This document shows, in pieces, positions 61,695-64,000 of a DNA stretch of 64,000 nt. Source of the stretch: Schmidtea nova (taxonomy: Eukaryota); NCBI GenBank assembly GCA_044892505.1, contig CM097882.1:60574001-60638000 (forward strand), written 5' to 3'. Position numbers and translations under genes: made by a program. The notes beneath the pieces were generated by a model. It searched no databases. It was not told the origin of the DNA and worked only from the letters and a program-made list of their open reading frames with translations. Position 1 is the first letter of the stretch, and each line of letters starts with the position of its first letter.

Positions 61695-62229
61695 CTCGCA
61701 AAGATTTTTTAAATATTATTATCAAGAATAAATAAATTTTACAATTTTTGTCATTGAGGGTTTAAGCATAAAATATTTAAAATTAGAAATTTTTTAATAT
61801 ACTTTCAGTTTAATTAATTATAATATTATCTTGAAAAACCAATAACCTAAGTATTAAAAACTAATACAATTTCTAAAAATAATTCCTCAATACCATGAAA
61901 TGAAATCCAATTGTATCTCCTTGTTTTACGTGCCAGACACTTTCAACAATTTCCTGTTTTAATTCTGTTACAATTTTTCCTTTTCCAAGATCCCAACTAA
62001 ACAATTCTCTCTCAGTGGAACCTATTTTCTGAAAGAAAATTACAAAAGTATTCGTTGGATCAACGATTTGAAATTCGGTATATTCCAAATAATTTTTCAT
62101 GCATTTCAGTTTGGATATAATTGATGAATCTGTAGATCCAGATAGAATAAGATTTCCTTTTATGTTTGTACTAGTTTTGGAATAGAAAACTTTGCTTCCG
62201 AATGTTGGAAATATTCTTTGTTGGCTTTT
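57847..62229 (-). CDS. Unidentified spliced minus-strand gene segment with a WD40-like exon (62229-61894, 60326-60266, 60197 to about 60046 or 59926, 58295-58131, 58087-57847)
   Basis: Exon 62229-61894 has 112 open codons, phase 0-0, with GNLILSGSTDSSI and LFSWDLGKGKIV (WD40-like). A 43-nt GT-AG intron (58130-58088) joins two otherwise overlapping track ORFs in frame (...SLDAG|VVGAFHFRPGMILLLKGETKWEPAVITEIK...). The middle exons are less certain. Confidence 0.5.
58616..59661 (+). mobile_element. Internally deleted piggyBac (PGBD4-like) element, 1046 bp
   Basis: TIRs CCCTTTCAGGACGGG / CCCTTTAAGGGCGGG, with flanks tcaa and ttta (each one change from TTAA). It encodes an acidic N-terminus, IVIQTNTY...EMYVFIGVILLM...IKDYWSTNPLL...TRDRFLAILRYFH, joined directly to the C-terminal Cys-rich domain RKCIVC...CNDCDVGLCIVDCFKIYHT. 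The catalytic core is absent. Confidence 0.88.
61375..61596 (+). mobile_element. Short non-autonomous Helitron-like element (about 220 bp)
   Basis: 3' hairpin CCGTG-CTAG-CACGG (61571-61584), then ...gcTTAG|T. The 5' end is buried in a (TA)n tract (tatatataaaag...tctgtacgtgtctgt), so the start is approximate. Confidence 0.65.
61642..61692. repeat. (TA)n microsatellite
   Basis: Direct observation. Confidence 0.95.
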
Positions 62230-62291
62230 CTACAAATATAATTTATTCAAAATATGACTTTAACTATGGCATATATGAATAACTTTTAAAG

Positions 62292-64000
62292 CAGGCTTGT
62301 CCAACCCGTGGCCCGCGGGCTGCATGTGACCCAGCACTGCTGTAAATGTGGCCCAAAACACATTTGTAAATTGCGAACTTTATGAGTTTTCAAAATATTA
62401 TTAATGTCTTTTTAAAAACAATTTTTTTATGCTGCTTATTTTAAAGCGACGAATTTTTCAATTAGTAACTTTCTTGAGCGATGATAGATTCATAAAATCG
62501 TTTTAAAATAAATGTGTTTATTCAAACTTATAAAATTTATAATCAAATAGAAATACAAATAGAAATTTATAATATAAATCATTGTATTTTAATTTAACAT
62601 CTATTTTATTTTAATTTTTATTTTAAACCTATGATTCAAAATATCTCAAGAGAAAATTAATGCAAAAAGAAGAAATATTAACAAAGAAGGAAGATTTTTC
62701 AATGAAAAGTGGACAGCTGATTTCTTCTTTGTCTAAACAAATATGAGTGCCCTTTGCCTTATTTGTAGTGATACTGTGCCAGTTTTTAAAGACTACAATT
62801 TAAAAAGAGATTACATGGCAAAGCATGTTACCAAATTTAGTGTGTATCAAGGAGGATATATCGTAAAAATAAGATCGTGGAACTGAAAAAGTCTATTATC
62901 TGCAAAAAATATTTTAAAATCGTAACGTTGAAGCGACTTTCTATGTCCTTTGGGAACATATCTGATATAGCTACTGATGATGCGCTGTCGGCGATAGGTA
63001 AAACAAACGGACTTGTTAAATTAATAGAAGACGACATAATTGTTTCTAAACATTTACTAATGATGAAATATCACTGCATAGTACACCAAGAAAATTTATG
63101 CGCACAAGCTTTAAAGATGGATAGCGTAATGCGGGTTGTCATCAAGTGTGTAAACTTTATAAAGATTAAGTGTTAAAATCATCGCCAATTCCAGGAATTT
63201 CTTAAAAATATGGACGCTGACTATGGGGATATTATTTACTTTTCACAAGTGAGTTGGTTAAGTCGAAGTAAAATGTTAACAAGATTTTATGATTTACGAA
63301 ATGAAATAACGTCATTTACGGAATCAAAATCAAAATTTGTGCCAGAGCTTGGCGATAAAAACTGGCTTACAGATTTGGCATTTTTAGTAGATTTAACCTC
63401 TCATTTATATGATTTAAACATGCTTCTTTAAGGTAAAAATCAACTGATCAGTGAAATGTTTCAAAATATATCAGCGTTTAAAAAAAACTGAATTTGTGGC
63501 AATCTCAAATTAAGGCAAACAACTTTATGCATTTTAAAACGTTTGATCAGCACCGCCTTGTAAACAACTAGAAATATTTAGCCTTGCTTGATGATTTGAT
63601 ACGAAAATTTGAAATCAGATTTCAAGATTTCCAAAAAGATGAGCACATTTGCATATTTACGACTCTATTTTCAGCCGACACAAACATTACACCTACTAAT
63701 TTTCAACTGGAGTACACAGAGTTACAAGCTGATATTCAACTTAGAGAAAAATTTAACAATGTTCCTTTACTAGACTTCTTTTAAGAAATATCTTTCTAGA
63801 GAAAAATATCCCTAGCTTCACAATTATACCCTATTTAATTCATCGCTATTTGGAAGTACTTATATTTGTGAGCAACTTTTTTCAAGAATGAAGCATATGA
63901 AGAGTAAGACTAGAAGTAAATTATCTGTTGAGCACTTTGAGAACTCACTGAGAATTGCAGTTGTTCCATCGAACCAAATATGAAGCATTAGTCTCTCAAA
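62292..64000 (+). mobile_element. Degenerate Buster/GTF2IRD2-like hAT transposon running off the window end
   Basis: Left end CAGGCTTGTCCAACCCGTGGCCCGCGGGCTGCATG after tttTAaag. Fragments FFNEKWTADFFF...CLIC...KDYNLKR, IATDDALSAIGK, YHCIVHQENLCAQ, VSWLSRSKML, WLTDLAFLVDLT, FGSTYICEQLFSRMK. Frameshifted and internally deleted. Confidence 0.88.

Overview
AT-rich, intron-bearing eukaryotic DNA, probably from a fast-evolving invertebrate animal; the taxon cannot be fixed from sequence alone. It has eight N gaps (2273-2545, 3566-4130, 4600-4727, 4863-4991, 20659-20848, 21088-21424, 22736-22927, 43570-43804). The backbone is a minus-strand multi-exon ROCO gene (LRR, degenerate EF-hand-like insert, LRR, Roc GTPase, COR), reconstructed phase-consistently over 16 exons from 23364 to 4273. 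Further unassigned minus-strand exons lie upstream, out to about 62.2 kb. Introns are either tiny (about 40-80 nt) or swollen by transposons: an intact pogo, several hAT elements, a mariner relic, piggyBac derivatives, Helitron-type elements, MITEs and three Ty3/gypsy elements. An intronless PIM-like kinase lies at 47.3-48.2 kb. The top observations are three. (1) A 3.75-kb Mag-like LTR retrotransposon with 105-bp LTRs has no tRNA primer-binding site (PBS); instead a 17-nt perfect complement to its own LTR sits at the PBS position, the signature of Tf1-type self-priming. (2) An in-frame chimeric ORF joins an MBOAT acyltransferase N-terminus to VIP36/LMAN2 lectin pieces at the broken end of a gypsy pol. 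(3) A three-level transposon nest in which each level keeps its own target-site duplication (TSD). No tRNA, rRNA or CRISPR features were recognised. All family assignments come from motif recognition by eye, not from database searches.
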